Part shown: positions 16,965 through 26,316 of the stretch, piece by piece | Layout: every line of letters begins with the position of its first letter | Position numbering within the stretch: the stretch's first letter is position 1 | DNA from: Acidimicrobiia bacterium | GTDB taxonomy: Bacteria; Actinomycetota; Acidimicrobiia; Acidimicrobiales; CATQHL01 | DNA length: 64,000 bases | Direction: 5' to 3' | Assembly: GCA_009835395.1 (NCBI GenBank) | Contig: VXXM01000068.1 | Span: 1,494 to 65,493, forward strand | Made by a program: the position numbers and the translations under genes | Notes under the pieces: generated by a model | Told to the model about the DNA's origin: nothing | Databases searched by the model: none | Seen by the model: the letters and a program-made list of their open reading frames with translations, nothing else

Positions 16965-18470
16965 TCAGCCCCAGATCTTCCCGTCGGCGGCCCGCAGCAA
17001 GCCGATGTCGGCGCAGCTGTGAGCGCTGGGCAGCACCTTGCCGGGGTTCAGCCGGCAGTGCGGGTCGAATGCGGCCCGCAGCCGGCTCTGCTGGTCGAGA
17101 TCGGCGTCGCTGAACATGCGCTCCATGTAGTCGCGCTTCTCCACGCCGATGCCGTGCTCGCCCGAGAGGGCCCCACCCACCGCCAGCGAGGCCTCGATGA
17201 TCTCCCGGCCGGCGGCGTGCACGCGCTCCATGGTGCCGGGGACGCGGGCATCGAAGGCCAGGATGGGATGCAGGTTGCCGTCGCCGGCGTGGAACACGTT
17301 GAGCGCGGTCAGTTCGTATCGGTCGGCGATCTCGTAGACCTGCTCGAGCACCTCCACCAGGCGGCTGCGCGGCACCACGGTGTCATGCAGGTAGTAGTCG
17401 GGAAGGATGTTGGCGACCGCCCCGAAGGCGCTCTTGCGGCCCTTCCAGAGCCGCGCCCGCTCGGCGTCGTCGGCGGCGACCCGCACGCTCACAGCCCCGT
17501 TGGCGGTGGCGATCCTTGCCACCCGCTCGGCAGAGGCGGCCACCCCGCCGGGGGGACCGTCCACCTCCACGAGCAACACCGCGGCTGCGTCACGCGGGTA
17601 GCCGGCCTTGGCGAAGTCCTCGATGGCGCTGATGCAGCGCCGGTCCAACATCTCCAGGGCGGCCGGCACGATGCCGTCGGCGATGATCGCACCAACCGTG
17701 GCCGCGCCCGACGACACGTCGTTGTAGGCCATGAGCATCGTGCTCACGGCCGCCGGGTTGGGGGTGAGACGCACGGCCGCGCCCGTGGCGATGCCGCACA
17801 TCCCCTCCGAGCCGACGAACGCCCCGCGCAGGTCGTAGCCGGCGGGCTCGGCGTCGAGTCCGCCGAGGGTCACGACGGAGGCGTCCGACAGCACCACCTC
17901 CAGCGCCACCACGTGGGCGCTGGTCACGCCGTAGGCCAGGCAGTGCGGCCCGCCGGAGTTGGTGGCCACGTTTCCGCCGATCGTGCAGGCCTGCTGGCTC
18001 GACGGATCCGGCGCGTAGTGCATCCCGTAGGGCGCCAGCCGCCGCGACAGCTCCAGGTTCACCATGCCGGGCTGCACCCACGCCACGCCGTTGTCGAGGT
18101 CCACCGACAGCAGCTCGTTCATGCGGGTGAGCGACAGCACCACGGGCCGGCCCAGGGGCGCGGCGCCGCCCGAGAGTCCCGTGCCCGCCCCTCGTGGCAC
18201 CACGGCGCGGCCGTGGTCGGCCGCGATCCGCACGCAGGCGCTGACCTGTTCGGTGGTGACGGGGAAGCACAGCGGCCCAGCAGTGCCCTCGCTGTAGATG
18301 GAGGCGTCGCGGGAGGCGAGGTAGCGGGCGGCGGCGTCGGCCCGCACCCGCTCGGCGCCGACGGCCGCACGCAACTCGGCGACGAGGGCGGCGTCGGCCT
18401 CCCCTTCAGGCTCGGGTCGGTGCGCCCGGCGCCCCAGGCGGCGCGCCGCGGCGGCGAGCAGCGGCGACAT
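16965..18470 (-). CDS. glcD: FAD-linked oxidase, glycolate oxidase / D-2-hydroxyacid dehydrogenase subunit
   Basis: Motifs ...VVPRGAGTGLSGGAAP..., ...HYAPDPSSQQACTIGGNVATNSGGPHCLAYGVT... and a C-terminal ...GEHGIGVEKRDYM.... The ATG overlaps the upstream stop (TGATG). Confidence 0.9.
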   Translation of the reverse strand: MSPLLAAAARRLGRRAHRPEPEGEADAALVAELRAAVGAERVRADAAARYLASRDASIYSEGTAGPLCFPVTTEQVSACVRIAADHGRAVVPRGAGTGLSGGAAPLGRPVVLSLTRMNELLSVDLDNGVAWVQPGMVNLELSRRLAPYGMHYAPDPSSQQACTIGGNVATNSGGPHCLAYGVTSAHVVALEVVLSDASVVTLGGLDAEPAGYDLRGAFVGSEGMCGIATGAAVRLTPNPAAVSTMLMAYNDVSSGAATVGAIIADGIVPAALEMLDRRCISAIEDFAKAGYPRDAAAVLLVEVDGPPGGVAASAERVARIATANGAVSVRVAADDAERARLWKGRKSAFGAVANILPDYYLHDTVVPRSRLVEVLEQVYEIADRYELTALNVFHAGDGNLHPILAFDARVPGTMERVHAAGREIIEASLAVGGALSGEHGIGVEKRDYMERMFSDADLDQQSRLRAAFDPHCRLNPGKVLPSAHSCADIGLLRAADGKIWG

Positions 18471-18790
18471 CAGGGGTCCGTGGACTTGACGGCCGCCCGC
18501 TGGATCAGATCCTCGCTGGGTCCGTCAGAGGTGCACAGCGCCCGGAAGGCCTCCAACACCAGCATCGGGGAGTTGCGGTGGCGCTTGGCGGCGACGGCCA
18601 GCGGCTCGTGGAACGCCCCGCTGCAGTGGGCGCACGGCCAATTGAGGCGTGACATCAGCCTGGCCGCCTCACCGCCGGGGAACATGCGCAGGACCTCCAC
18701 GACGGTGGTCCTGCCCTTGATCTCCCGGGCGTCTGTGGGCGGCTCAGCGGGCCCAGCCGTCCCGCGCCCGCTGATGCCGCGCACCGTCAC
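18470..18790 (-). CDS. DUF1858 / redox-disulfide-like small protein with a CxxC motif (CAHC)
   Basis: C-terminal sequence ...TTVVEVLRMFPGGEAARLMSRLNWPCAHCSGAFHEPLAVAAKRHRNSPMLVLEAFRAL.... It is translationally coupled to glcD. The start is uncertain: GTG at 18790 or 18784, or the internal ATG of MFPGG. Confidence 0.55.
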   Translation of the reverse strand: MTVRGISGRGTAGPAEPPTDAREIKGRTTVVEVLRMFPGGEAARLMSRLNWPCAHCSGAFHEPLAVAAKRHRNSPMLVLEAFRALCTSDGPSEDLIQRAAVKSTDP

Positions 18791-18807
18791 CGATGCGCTC
18801 GGAGGAT

Positions 18808-20223
18808 TCAGAGGCGCACCTGCTCGAGCACCCGCACGTCCTCGGAATGCATGCGGATGGCGTTGCGTGGCAGCTGGTAGCGGGCGAACGGCAGCACGAT
18901 CACCTTGGCGTCGGGGCCGTGGCGCTCCATGGCCGCGCCGAAGGCCTCGTCGAGGCTGGTTGTGGCGTCGAGGCCGATGTCGGCAGCCATCTCCAGGTTC
19001 TCCTCCAGGGTGACCATCGTGAGGTGCTTGCGGGTCATCACCTCGTAGATGGGCACCCATATGCAGCCGGCCCACATCTGGATGTTGCGGCCGTGGATGT
19101 CGCGCAGCACCTTCTGGTAGTTCTCCGGCGAGGCCGGCATGTAGGGCTTCATGAGGTCCATCAGCGCCAGGCCGGGGAAGTCGCCGATCGCCGTGGACAC
19201 CCCCGGTGAGGGCGAGCAGTAGATGATCGTGCCGCCCTCGCGCACCACCAGGTCCGAGGACATGCAGCCCCAGCCGGTGTGGAAGAACAGGTGGTCGGTG
19301 GGGGCGAACACGCCGCAGACGGCGATGTCGGCCGGACCGGCCTCGGCCACCGGATTGTCGTAGGCGTAGATGGCGTTGAACCGGTTGATGGCCTCGATGT
19401 GCGCGTCGGGGTGCGCGCCGTAGATGCAGTCGATGACGCGGCCGCGGGTGTCCAGCAGCACGTTCATGGTGGCCGAGAGGCCGCACATCGTGGCGGTCTC
19501 GTCGATGTCGGCCCGCATGGGCCCGGCGTAGGCCCCGTAGTGGGTCTGCGGCGACGGCACGAAGGCGCAGTGGTTGGACTCGACGGTCTCGTCGGACACC
19601 ACGCCCGGCAGGATCAGCTTGCCGCCGCCGCCGGCACCCCAGTGGTTGGCCTGCGCGTGGCCGATGGTGAAGATGACCTCCGAGCGGGCCACCTCGTTGT
19701 GCAGCCACACGGGAGTGCCCCGGGAGGTGACGCCCACGAAGCTGTAGTTGTCGGCGTTGCGAGGCTCGTTCTGGAAGAAGCCGATGCCCATGCGCTCCAT
19801 GCGGGCCAGGTTCTCGTCGCCCAGCTTCTGGGAGATGTCGCTGTCGGACATCGGGAAGACCTTGCCGTTGGCACACACCACCCGGGCGTCGGTGATCCCC
19901 GCGGCCTCGATGGCGTCGAACACCGGCGGCAGCAGCTTGGAGGCCGGCGTCGGCCGGAACTGGTTGTCGATGACCACCGCCACGCTGGAGGCACCGGCCA
20001 GGAGTTCGCTGAACCGCGGCCCGCTGTGCGGGCTCTCCAGGGCCGCCCGGGCGGCCTCGGTGGCGTTGGGCACCGGATCCGGCTCGTCCGGGTAGATGGC
20101 CGCCAGCAGGTTCTCGTCGGAGATCTCCAACTCGAGAGTCTCCCGGTACACCTTGGTCTCGTCGTCGGCGGCGCCGATCGTCAACGGATCAAGGGACTCG
20201 TACGGAATCGAGTATCTGCCCAT
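18808..20223 (-). CDS. LarA-like (DUF2088) nickel-pincer-dependent 2-hydroxyacid racemase/epimerase homolog (471 aa)
   Basis: Core motif ...TIGHAQANHWGAGGGGKLILPGVVSDETVESNHC..., with Lys and His 16 residues apart as in the LarA cofactor-binding Lys/His pair (recalled from memory). The ATG at 20223 is preceded by GGGAGGAA. Confidence 0.75.
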   Translation of the reverse strand: MGRYSIPYESLDPLTIGAADDETKVYRETLELEISDENLLAAIYPDEPDPVPNATEAARAALESPHSGPRFSELLAGASSVAVVIDNQFRPTPASKLLPPVFDAIEAAGITDARVVCANGKVFPMSDSDISQKLGDENLARMERMGIGFFQNEPRNADNYSFVGVTSRGTPVWLHNEVARSEVIFTIGHAQANHWGAGGGGKLILPGVVSDETVESNHCAFVPSPQTHYGAYAGPMRADIDETATMCGLSATMNVLLDTRGRVIDCIYGAHPDAHIEAINRFNAIYAYDNPVAEAGPADIAVCGVFAPTDHLFFHTGWGCMSSDLVVREGGTIIYCSPSPGVSTAIGDFPGLALMDLMKPYMPASPENYQKVLRDIHGRNIQMWAGCIWVPIYEVMTRKHLTMVTLEENLEMAADIGLDATTSLDEAFGAAMERHGPDAKVIVLPFARYQLPRNAIRMHSEDVRVLEQVRL

Positions 20224-20332
20224 CGTTCCTCCCGGTCTTCGAGGAGTCGTGCCGAATCCGGCCCCGAGCATAGTTCGCCGTCCCGGGCGGTCTCCGCTGC
20301 TCAGCGGCGCCAAGCGGGTGCCGGCGGCGGGA

Positions 20333-21292
20333 CTATGGGGGCGGCAGAGGGCGGCCGTCGGCGATTGCGGCGCGGAACCAGTCGGCGGTCTCCGCCACGC
20401 CCTCGGCGAGGGGCGTGCGCGGAACCGAGCCCAGGCGTGCCTCGAGCGCGCTGTCGTCGAGCCCGCGGGGGAAGGGCAGCTGATCGGTTCCGTGGGTGAT
20501 CCCCGCGAAGTCGGTGGTCCCGATGATGGCCTCGACGAAGGAGGCGACCGGGGCCAAGCTGCCGTGGATGTTGTAGACGTCGCAGCCGCCCGGCTCGGCC
20601 CGCGCTGCGCCGATCACGATGCGCGCCACGTCGGAGGCGTACTGGAAGTCCATCCACCCGCCGTAGTCGATGTGGTAGGGCAGGCCCCGCACGGCGGCCA
20701 GCAGCGCCTGGCACGGGTAGGACGTGACGCCCTGGTCGCGGCCCGGTCCGTACACGGTGTGCGGGCGCAGGCCCACGCTGGGGGTGCCGTTCTCCTCCCA
20801 GTACACCCTGGCGGTGTCCTCGTTGGCCACCTTGTAGACGCCATAGTGCGTGGCCGGGTGGCGCTGGGCGTCGTTGGGCAGGGCGTCGGCGTCGTACAGG
20901 TCCGGATGGCCGAATACGGCCACGCTGCTGGTGTAGACGAGATTGTCGATTCCGTGCGCCTGAGCCGCCTCGAAGACGTTGGCGGTGCCGGCCACGTTGA
21001 TGGCGGCGCCCAGGGGCGGGTTGGCCCGGCAGGTCGGCACCTGCAGGGCCCCCAGGTGGATGATGTGGGTTGCACCCGCGGCGGCGGCCAGCACCTGATC
21101 GGTCACCGTGAGGTCGCCCTGGATGCGCCGGGGACCGGCCAGGTCGGCCTCATCGACGATGAGCCGCAGCCGCTTGTCGTCGGTGCTGATGTCGAAGAGC
21201 GTCATCTCGGCGCCCTCGTGGGACAGGTGGCGCACGACCCAGGCGCCGATGCAGCCCATGGCGCCCGTGATGAGGAAATGTTCTTCACTCAC
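20333..21292 (-). CDS. NAD-dependent epimerase/dehydratase (extended SDR)
   Basis: Rossmann motif ITGAMGCIGAWV and catalytic YGVYK. The GTG start lies 7 nt after GGAGG. Confidence 0.88.
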   Translation of the reverse strand: MSEEHFLITGAMGCIGAWVVRHLSHEGAEMTLFDISTDDKRLRLIVDEADLAGPRRIQGDLTVTDQVLAAAAGATHIIHLGALQVPTCRANPPLGAAINVAGTANVFEAAQAHGIDNLVYTSSVAVFGHPDLYDADALPNDAQRHPATHYGVYKVANEDTARVYWEENGTPSVGLRPHTVYGPGRDQGVTSYPCQALLAAVRGLPYHIDYGGWMDFQYASDVARIVIGAARAEPGGCDVYNIHGSLAPVASFVEAIIGTTDFAGITHGTDQLPFPRGLDDSALEARLGSVPRTPLAEGVAETADWFRAAIADGRPLPPP

Positions 21293-21362
21293 AGAAGCAC
21301 CTCCGTCTCAGAATTGTCCGTTCCGGCGACTCCAGTGGCGCGGCCTGCCCGCACCGCCGGGT

Positions 21363-22196
21363 CTAGACGCACCGGTTGGTGATCTCGCCGAGGCCCTCGA
21401 TGGTCGAGACGATCACGTCGCCGGGTGCCAGGTACTGCGGCGGATCCATACCGAATCCCACACCCGACGGCGTCCCGGTGAAGATGATGTCGCCGGGGAG
21501 CAGTTCGCAGATCGACGACAGGTAGGTGATCAGGCGCGGGACGTCGTTGATGAAGTACGTGGTGCGGGCGTCCTGCATCATGACGCCGTTGACCGAGCAG
21601 GTCAGGCCCAGATCCCATGGATTCTCCAGCTCGTCGAGGGTCACCACCGCCGGGCCGACCGGCGAGAAGTTGCGGTGCGACTTGCCCAGGTTGAACTGCG
21701 GGTACCCGCCGGCGAACTGGCCGATCCGCTCGCTCACGTCCTGCCCCACCGTGAACCCGGCGATGTGGTCGGCGATGTCGCCGGCCGCGATGTCCCGCCC
21801 GGCGCGCCCGATCACGACCACCAACTCCACTTCCCAGTCGCAGTTGCCGGGCACGAGCGGGACCTCGGCGTTCGGCGCGGCCATGCAGGACGGGAACTTG
21901 GTGAACACCAGCGGATCGTCGGGGACCTCCATCCCCGACTCGCCGGCGTGGTCGGCGTAGTTGAGACCGATGCCGAACACCTGCGGCGGGCGCGGCACCG
22001 GGCAGGTCAGGTCGTCGGCGCGGTAGGCCTCGCCGCCGGCGGGGGCGTTGTCGGCGGCCCACGCCAGGAATTCGTCCCACCTGCCCAGGACCTGCATCGG
22101 ATCGGGCCCGAAGGCACCTCCGGAGGCCTCGGCGATGTCCCAGGCCCGGTCGCCGGCCAGGCCCACTGCACGATGATCGATTGCTGCCATTCGCAT
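21363..22196 (-). CDS. Fumarylacetoacetate hydrolase (FAH) family protein
   Basis: Motifs ...QVFGIGLNYADHAGE...PLVFTKFPS...DWEVELVVVIG...GDIIFTGTPSGVG.... The start is the ATG at 22196 (or 22190). Confidence 0.88.
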   Translation of the reverse strand: MRMAAIDHRAVGLAGDRAWDIAEASGGAFGPDPMQVLGRWDEFLAWAADNAPAGGEAYRADDLTCPVPRPPQVFGIGLNYADHAGESGMEVPDDPLVFTKFPSCMAAPNAEVPLVPGNCDWEVELVVVIGRAGRDIAAGDIADHIAGFTVGQDVSERIGQFAGGYPQFNLGKSHRNFSPVGPAVVTLDELENPWDLGLTCSVNGVMMQDARTTYFINDVPRLITYLSSICELLPGDIIFTGTPSGVGFGMDPPQYLAPGDVIVSTIEGLGEITNRCV

Positions 22197-22198
22197 GG

Positions 22199-22486
22199 CT
22201 AAAGGTCTACCAGATCGGCCCCGCCTTCCAATCCGCCCTGCGGCTCCGGCGGCCGCAGCGGGGACCAACGCCAGGGCGGGGGCGGCAACTCGGGAACCGG
22301 GACCGGGTCGCCCGGCAACCCGCCGGCGCCGGACGCGGTCGGGGCACCCCCGCCGCGTAGCGCTCTGATCTTGTGCCATGCCGCGTCCTCCATCCACTGG
22401 CTGATGCGGCGAGGCCCCGCCAACTCGCAGAGTTGCTCGTAGAGGGGCATCGTGACGGTGATCGTGAGCCGATGGCGCCCGGGCAC
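22199..22486 (-). CDS. Ribbon-helix-helix-like small protein, hypothetical
   Basis: The N-terminus HRLTITVTMPLYEQLCELAG...ISQWMEDAAWHKI looks like an RHH strand plus two helices. The stop lies 2 nt before the FAH start. The Pro-rich tail is low complexity. Confidence 0.45.
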   Translation of the reverse strand: MPGRHRLTITVTMPLYEQLCELAGPRRISQWMEDAAWHKIRALRGGGAPTASGAGGLPGDPVPVPELPPPPWRWSPLRPPEPQGGLEGGADLVDL

Positions 22487-22689
22487 GGGGGCACCCTAGG
22501 GGGCGAGGTCGTCGGCGACTCCCGTATTGTTCCGACTTAGCGGATATTCACAGCTCCGCTGGGGAGATCAGGAGGACCGGGAGAGGACGCAACGAGCAGG
22601 CTGCGGGCACATCGTCGCCCGGCCGACCTCGCGGGTACAGCGGCGAACATTCGTTGAGTCCGGAGAACGAAGCCAGCAAGGAGCGTTGA

Positions 22690-22926
22690 ATGACCATGAT
22701 CCAGATGACCGTCGAGGAGCGACCGCAGACCCGCGGCACGTGCCCCGACATCGACCTCGTGGGACCGTTGGAGGCGTGCGAGATGCTCGTCGTCGACGAG
22801 TCCGAACTGCTCGAAATGGTGAACGACGACCAACTCTCCGCCTACCGCCTGGGCGGGCACATCAGGTTCCGCGCCGCCGACGTGGTGCGCCTCGCCAGGA
22901 CCTGCCTCCAGCACGAAGCCGGCTAG
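22690..22926 (+). CDS. Excisionase/MerR-like helix-turn-helix DNA-binding protein (78 aa)
   Basis: The sequence ...ACEMLVVDESELLEMVNDDQLSAYRLGGHIRFRAADVVRLA resembles the excisionase-family HTH_17 signature. AAGGAG lies 6 nt upstream of the ATG. Confidence 0.75.
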   Translation: MTMIQMTVEERPQTRGTCPDIDLVGPLEACEMLVVDESELLEMVNDDQLSAYRLGGHIRFRAADVVRLARTCLQHEAG

Positions 22927-22937
22927 GCGGCGAACGG

Positions 22938-22962
22938 CGCGCCGGCCAGGTTCCGGCCGGCG
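22938..22962. terminator. GC-rich hairpin between convergent genes (9-bp stem GCGCCGGCC/GGCCGGCGC, 7-nt loop)
   Basis: Read directly. It lies 12 nt after the stop of 22690..22926 and 70 nt from the gatB stop. There is no U-tract. Confidence 0.4.
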
Positions 22963-23032
22963 CACGTGTCCAGCGGCCTGACCGGGGTCACGAGCCCCGG
23001 CGGGCCGCCGGCGCCGTCACAGCCCTTCGGCC

Positions 23033-24523
23033 TCAGGCGCCCGCCCGGTCCGCCAGCAGCGCCGCCACGTCGCGCCCGTTGGCCTGGCCCTTCGTGGCAC
23101 GCATCACCTGGCCGGTGAAGAACCCCTGCATCTTCTTGCGCTCCCTGTCGTCGCCGGCGCACAGACGCTGCCACTCGGCGGGATGCTCGGCGATGATCCG
23201 GTCCACCACACCGGCCAACTCCCCCGCGCCGACCGCTTCGAACCCCGCCCGCCGGGCGACCGTGGCGGGGCTCTCGCCGCTGGTCACCATCTCCGCCAGC
23301 ACCTCCTTCACCTGGTTGGAGGTCAACTCGCCGCTCTGCTCCATGGTGATCAACCCGGCCAGGCCCGCCGCGGTCAGCCGGCCCGTGCCATCGGCGAGGT
23401 TCTGCTCCAGGTGCTTCAGCACAGCCTCGGGATCCGCCCCCGCCTCGGTGGCCTCCAGCGCCAGTTCGTCCTGGCCGCGCTCGACCACCAGCGCCAGCCT
23501 CGCCGGCGGTCGCCCGGTGGCGGCGGCCAGCCGGTGGCGGCGTTGGCGGGGCAGCAGCGGAAGCTCGGAGCGGACCTGCTCGATCCAGGCCGGGTCCGGA
23601 ACCAGCGGCACGAGGTCGGGCTCGGGGAAGTACCGGTAGTCGGTCGCCTCCTCCTTGGAGCGCAGCGGCGAGGTGCGGCCGGTGTCCTCGTTCCAGTGGC
23701 GGGTCTCCTGGGCGACCCGCTCGCCGGAGCTCAGCAGTTCGATCTGCCGCCGGGCCTCGTACTCCAGCGCCCTGCCGAGTGAGCGCAGCGAGTTGACGTT
23801 CTTGACCTCGCAGCGGGTGCCGAACTCGGCGGACCCCAATGGGCGCACCGAGACGTTGGCGTCCACGCGCAGCGAGCCCTCCTCCATCTTGCCGTCGGAG
23901 GCGCCCACGGCCAGCAGCGTCGCCCGCAGCTCGGTGACGTATTCGCGGGCCTCGGCGGCCGAGCGCAGGTCGGGATGGCTAACGATCTCCAGCAGCGGCA
24001 CCCCGGCGCGGTTGTAGTCCACGAGCGACCAGGCGGCATCGTCGATCCGTCCCGCCCCGCCCACGTGGGTGGACTTGCCGGTGTCCTCCTCGAGGTGCGC
24101 CCGCACGATGCCCACCACCTTGCCCGACGGCAGCTCCAGGCTGCCGCCCACGTTGATGGGCCGGTCGTACTGGCTGATCTGGTAGTTCTTCGGCATGTCC
24201 GGGTAGTAGTAGTTCTTGCGGGCGAAGATCGACGGCCGGACCTCGGCGCCTAGGGCCAGCCCCACCCTCATGGCCAGTTCCACGGCGTGGCGGTTGAGGA
24301 CCGGCAGCGTGCCCGGCAACCCCAGGCACACCGGATCGATGTGGCTGTTGGGCTCGCCGCCGAAGGAGTTGAGGCTGGCGCTGAACAGCTTGGTGCGGGT
24401 CAGCAGCTCGGCGTGGACCTCCAAGCCGATGACCGTCTCCCACTCGGTGCCGGCCGGGGCGCCCAACCCGGGCGATCCCGCCTCCCAGACGATGTCGGCG
24501 CCGCTGCCCGGCCCATCGCTCAC
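23033..24523 (-). CDS. gatB: Asp-tRNA(Asn)/Glu-tRNA(Gln) amidotransferase subunit B
   Basis: Motifs ...[20 protein letters not shown]...[15 protein letters not shown]...[19 protein letters not shown]...HLEEDTGKS.... The GTG at 24523 overlaps the gatA stop (GTGA). The 809-aa ORF is over-extended. Confidence 0.95.
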   Translation of the reverse strand: MSDGPGSGADIVWEAGSPGLGAPAGTEWETVIGLEVHAELLTRTKLFSASLNSFGGEPNSHIDPVCLGLPGTLPVLNRHAVELAMRVGLALGAEVRPSIFARKNYYYPDMPKNYQISQYDRPINVGGSLELPSGKVVGIVRAHLEEDTGKSTHVGGAGRIDDAAWSLVDYNRAGVPLLEIVSHPDLRSAAEAREYVTELRATLLAVGASDGKMEEGSLRVDANVSVRPLGSAEFGTRCEVKNVNSLRSLGRALEYEARRQIELLSSGERVAQETRHWNEDTGRTSPLRSKEEATDYRYFPEPDLVPLVPDPAWIEQVRSELPLLPRQRRHRLAAATGRPPARLALVVERGQDELALEATEAGADPEAVLKHLEQNLADGTGRLTAAGLAGLITMEQSGELTSNQVKEVLAEMVTSGESPATVARRAGFEAVGAGELAGVVDRIIAEHPAEWQRLCAGDDRERKKMQGFFTGQVMRATKGQANGRDVAALLADRAGA

Positions 24524-26007
24524 GGCGCTGTCTCCTTCGTGACCGCGCCGGCACTGCGGGCGCCCGCCGTCGCCGGTTGCGTCTCTGGCAGGAGGCGCTC
24601 CAGGGCGGCGGCGGCCCGGAACATCACGTCCTCGCCCAGGGCGGGCGCCATCACCTGCACCCCCACGGGCAACCCGTCGGCGCCGCTGCCGAACGGCACC
24701 GAGATGGCCGGGTGTCCGGCCAGGTTCGACGCCACGGTGCACACGTCGGAGAGGTACATGGCCAGCGGGTTGGCGGTGCGCTCGCCGAAACGGAAAGCCA
24801 CGGTGGGCGAGGTGGGCGCCAGCAGCACGTCGAAGCGCTCGTAGGCGGCGGCGAAGTCCCGCACCACGAGCGTCCGGACCTTCAGCGCCTTGCCGTAGTA
24901 GGCGTCGTAGTACCCCGCGGAGAGGGCGAAGGTGCCGAGCATGATGCGCCGCTTCACCTCGTCGCCGAATCCGGCCGTGCGGGTGGCCACGTTCATGTCG
25001 GTGGCCCCCGGAGCCGGAACCCGCAGCCCGTAGCGGACGCCGTCGTAGCGGGCGAGGTTGCTGGAGGCCTCCGCCGGGGCGATGAGGAAGTAGGCCGACA
25101 GGCCGAAGACCGCCGCCGGCACGCTCACCTCCCCCACCTCGGCACCGGCGGACGCCAGCGCCCCCGCCGCCGCCTCGAGCCGCGCCAGTACGTCGCCGTC
25201 GATCCCCTCCCCGCAGAGTTCGCTCACGACGCCCACCCGCAGACCGTCCACGTCGCCGTCGAGGGGGCCGTTCAGGTCGCCGACCGGTTCGGGGATCGAC
25301 GTCGAGTCCCGCGGGTCGTGGCCGGCGATGACCGAGTAGAGCAGGGCGGCATCGGCGACGGTGCGGGCCATCGGGCCGATCTGGTCCAGCGAAGAGGCGA
25401 AGGCCACCAGGCCGTAGCGCGACACCCGACCGTAGGTCGGCTTCATTCCCACGATCCCGCACAGCGCGGCGGGTTGGCGGATGGATCCACCCGTGTCACT
25501 CGCCAGTGCCAGCGGTGTCAGACCCCCGGCGACCGCCGCGGCGCTGCCGCCCGAGGAGCCGCCCGGCACCCGTCCGGGGTCGTGCGGGTTGCGGGTGGGC
25601 CCGAACGCCGAGTTCTCCGTGGAGGAGCCCATGGCGAACTCGTCCATGTTGGTCTTGCCGACCACGACCGCCCCGGCTGCGTTCAGGAGATCCACGACGG
25701 TGGCGTCGTACGGCGGCTCCCAGCCTTCGAGGATGCGCGAGGAGCAGGTGGTCGGGGTGCCGCGGGTGCAGATGTTGTCCTTCAGCGCCACCGGCACGCC
25801 GGCCAGAGGACCGGGATCCTCCCCGGCTGCCACAGCGCTGTCGATGGCCTCGGCCCGGGCCAGTGCCGCCTCGGCGGTCACCGCGTTGAAGGCGCCGAGC
25901 TCGCCGCCGGCGGCGATCGCGGCGAGTGACTCCTGCACCGCGCTCGCGGCCGACCGCTCGCCGGCGCGGACCGCCGCGGCGATGGCCTCTGCGGGGCCGG
26001 CGGTCAC
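24520..26007 (-). CDS. gatA: Glutamyl-tRNA(Gln) amidotransferase subunit A
   Basis: Amidase signature ...[12 protein letters not shown]...[18 protein letters not shown].... The GTG start overlaps the gatC stop. Confidence 0.95.
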   Translation of the reverse strand: MTAGPAEAIAAAVRAGERSAASAVQESLAAIAAGGELGAFNAVTAEAALARAEAIDSAVAAGEDPGPLAGVPVALKDNICTRGTPTTCSSRILEGWEPPYDATVVDLLNAAGAVVVGKTNMDEFAMGSSTENSAFGPTRNPHDPGRVPGGSSGGSAAAVAGGLTPLALASDTGGSIRQPAALCGIVGMKPTYGRVSRYGLVAFASSLDQIGPMARTVADAALLYSVIAGHDPRDSTSIPEPVGDLNGPLDGDVDGLRVGVVSELCGEGIDGDVLARLEAAAGALASAGAEVGEVSVPAAVFGLSAYFLIAPAEASSNLARYDGVRYGLRVPAPGATDMNVATRTAGFGDEVKRRIMLGTFALSAGYYDAYYGKALKVRTLVVRDFAAAYERFDVLLAPTSPTVAFRFGERTANPLAMYLSDVCTVASNLAGHPAISVPFGSGADGLPVGVQVMAPALGEDVMFRAAAALERLLPETQPATAGARSAGAVTKETAP

Positions 26008-26306
26008 GGTGCCTCACCCCGCACCGGGGGCACGCGGAACTGCCCGGCCTCGGTCTCAGGGGCCTGCGCCAGCACCTCGGCCCGATTCAGGCTCGGCTCG
26101 GGCACGTCATCGCGCAACACGTTGCCGACCGGGTAGGGATGCGACGTGGCGGGCACGCCGTCGAGGTTCAGGGCCTCCACGTCGGCGGCGTGGTCGAGGA
26201 CGTCGGCCAGTTGCGTCGTGAACCGCGCCAGTTCCTCGTCGCCGAGTTCCAGGCGGGCCAGCCACGCCACGTGCGCCACATCGTGGCGGGAGATCCGGTC
26301 GGCCAT
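26004..26306 (-). CDS. gatC: Glutamyl-tRNA(Gln) amidotransferase subunit C
   Basis: Sequence [40 protein letters not shown].... The start is the ATG at 26306. Confidence 0.9.
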   Translation of the reverse strand: MADRISRHDVAHVAWLARLELGDEELARFTTQLADVLDHAADVEALNLDGVPATSHPYPVGNVLRDDVPEPSLNRAEVLAQAPETEAGQFRVPPVRGEAP

Positions 26307-26316
26307 GGTTCGGAAG

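Noticed and set aside
12546-19013. Very long plus-strand ORFs (12546..14621, 691 aa; 16632..19013, 793 aa; 14810..15343 and others) lie across the Mo-hydroxylase and glcDEF region.
   Set aside because: They lie antisense to genes with unambiguous cofactor motifs, have no recognisable domains, and are R/G/A/P/H-rich.
22487-22926. The excisionase-type HTH gene plus the RHH gene might mark the border of an integrated mobile element carrying the catabolic block.
   Set aside because: The window contains no integrase, recombinase or transposase, no tRNA target and no flanking direct repeats, and the block's composition looks native. Small excisionase-fold HTH proteins also occur as ordinary regulators in Actinomycetota.
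23033-25462. An 809-aa ORF suggests a GatB protein with a large N-terminal extension. Similar apparent extensions occur on glcF (588 aa), the DUF1858 ORF (468 aa), DUF3467 (352 aa), the ETF (648 aa) and the zinc-ribbon protein (555 aa).
   Set aside because: The extensions overlap the preceding real gene out of frame and are low-complexity. Canonical N-termini begin at internal ATG/GTG codons that overlap or closely follow the upstream stop.
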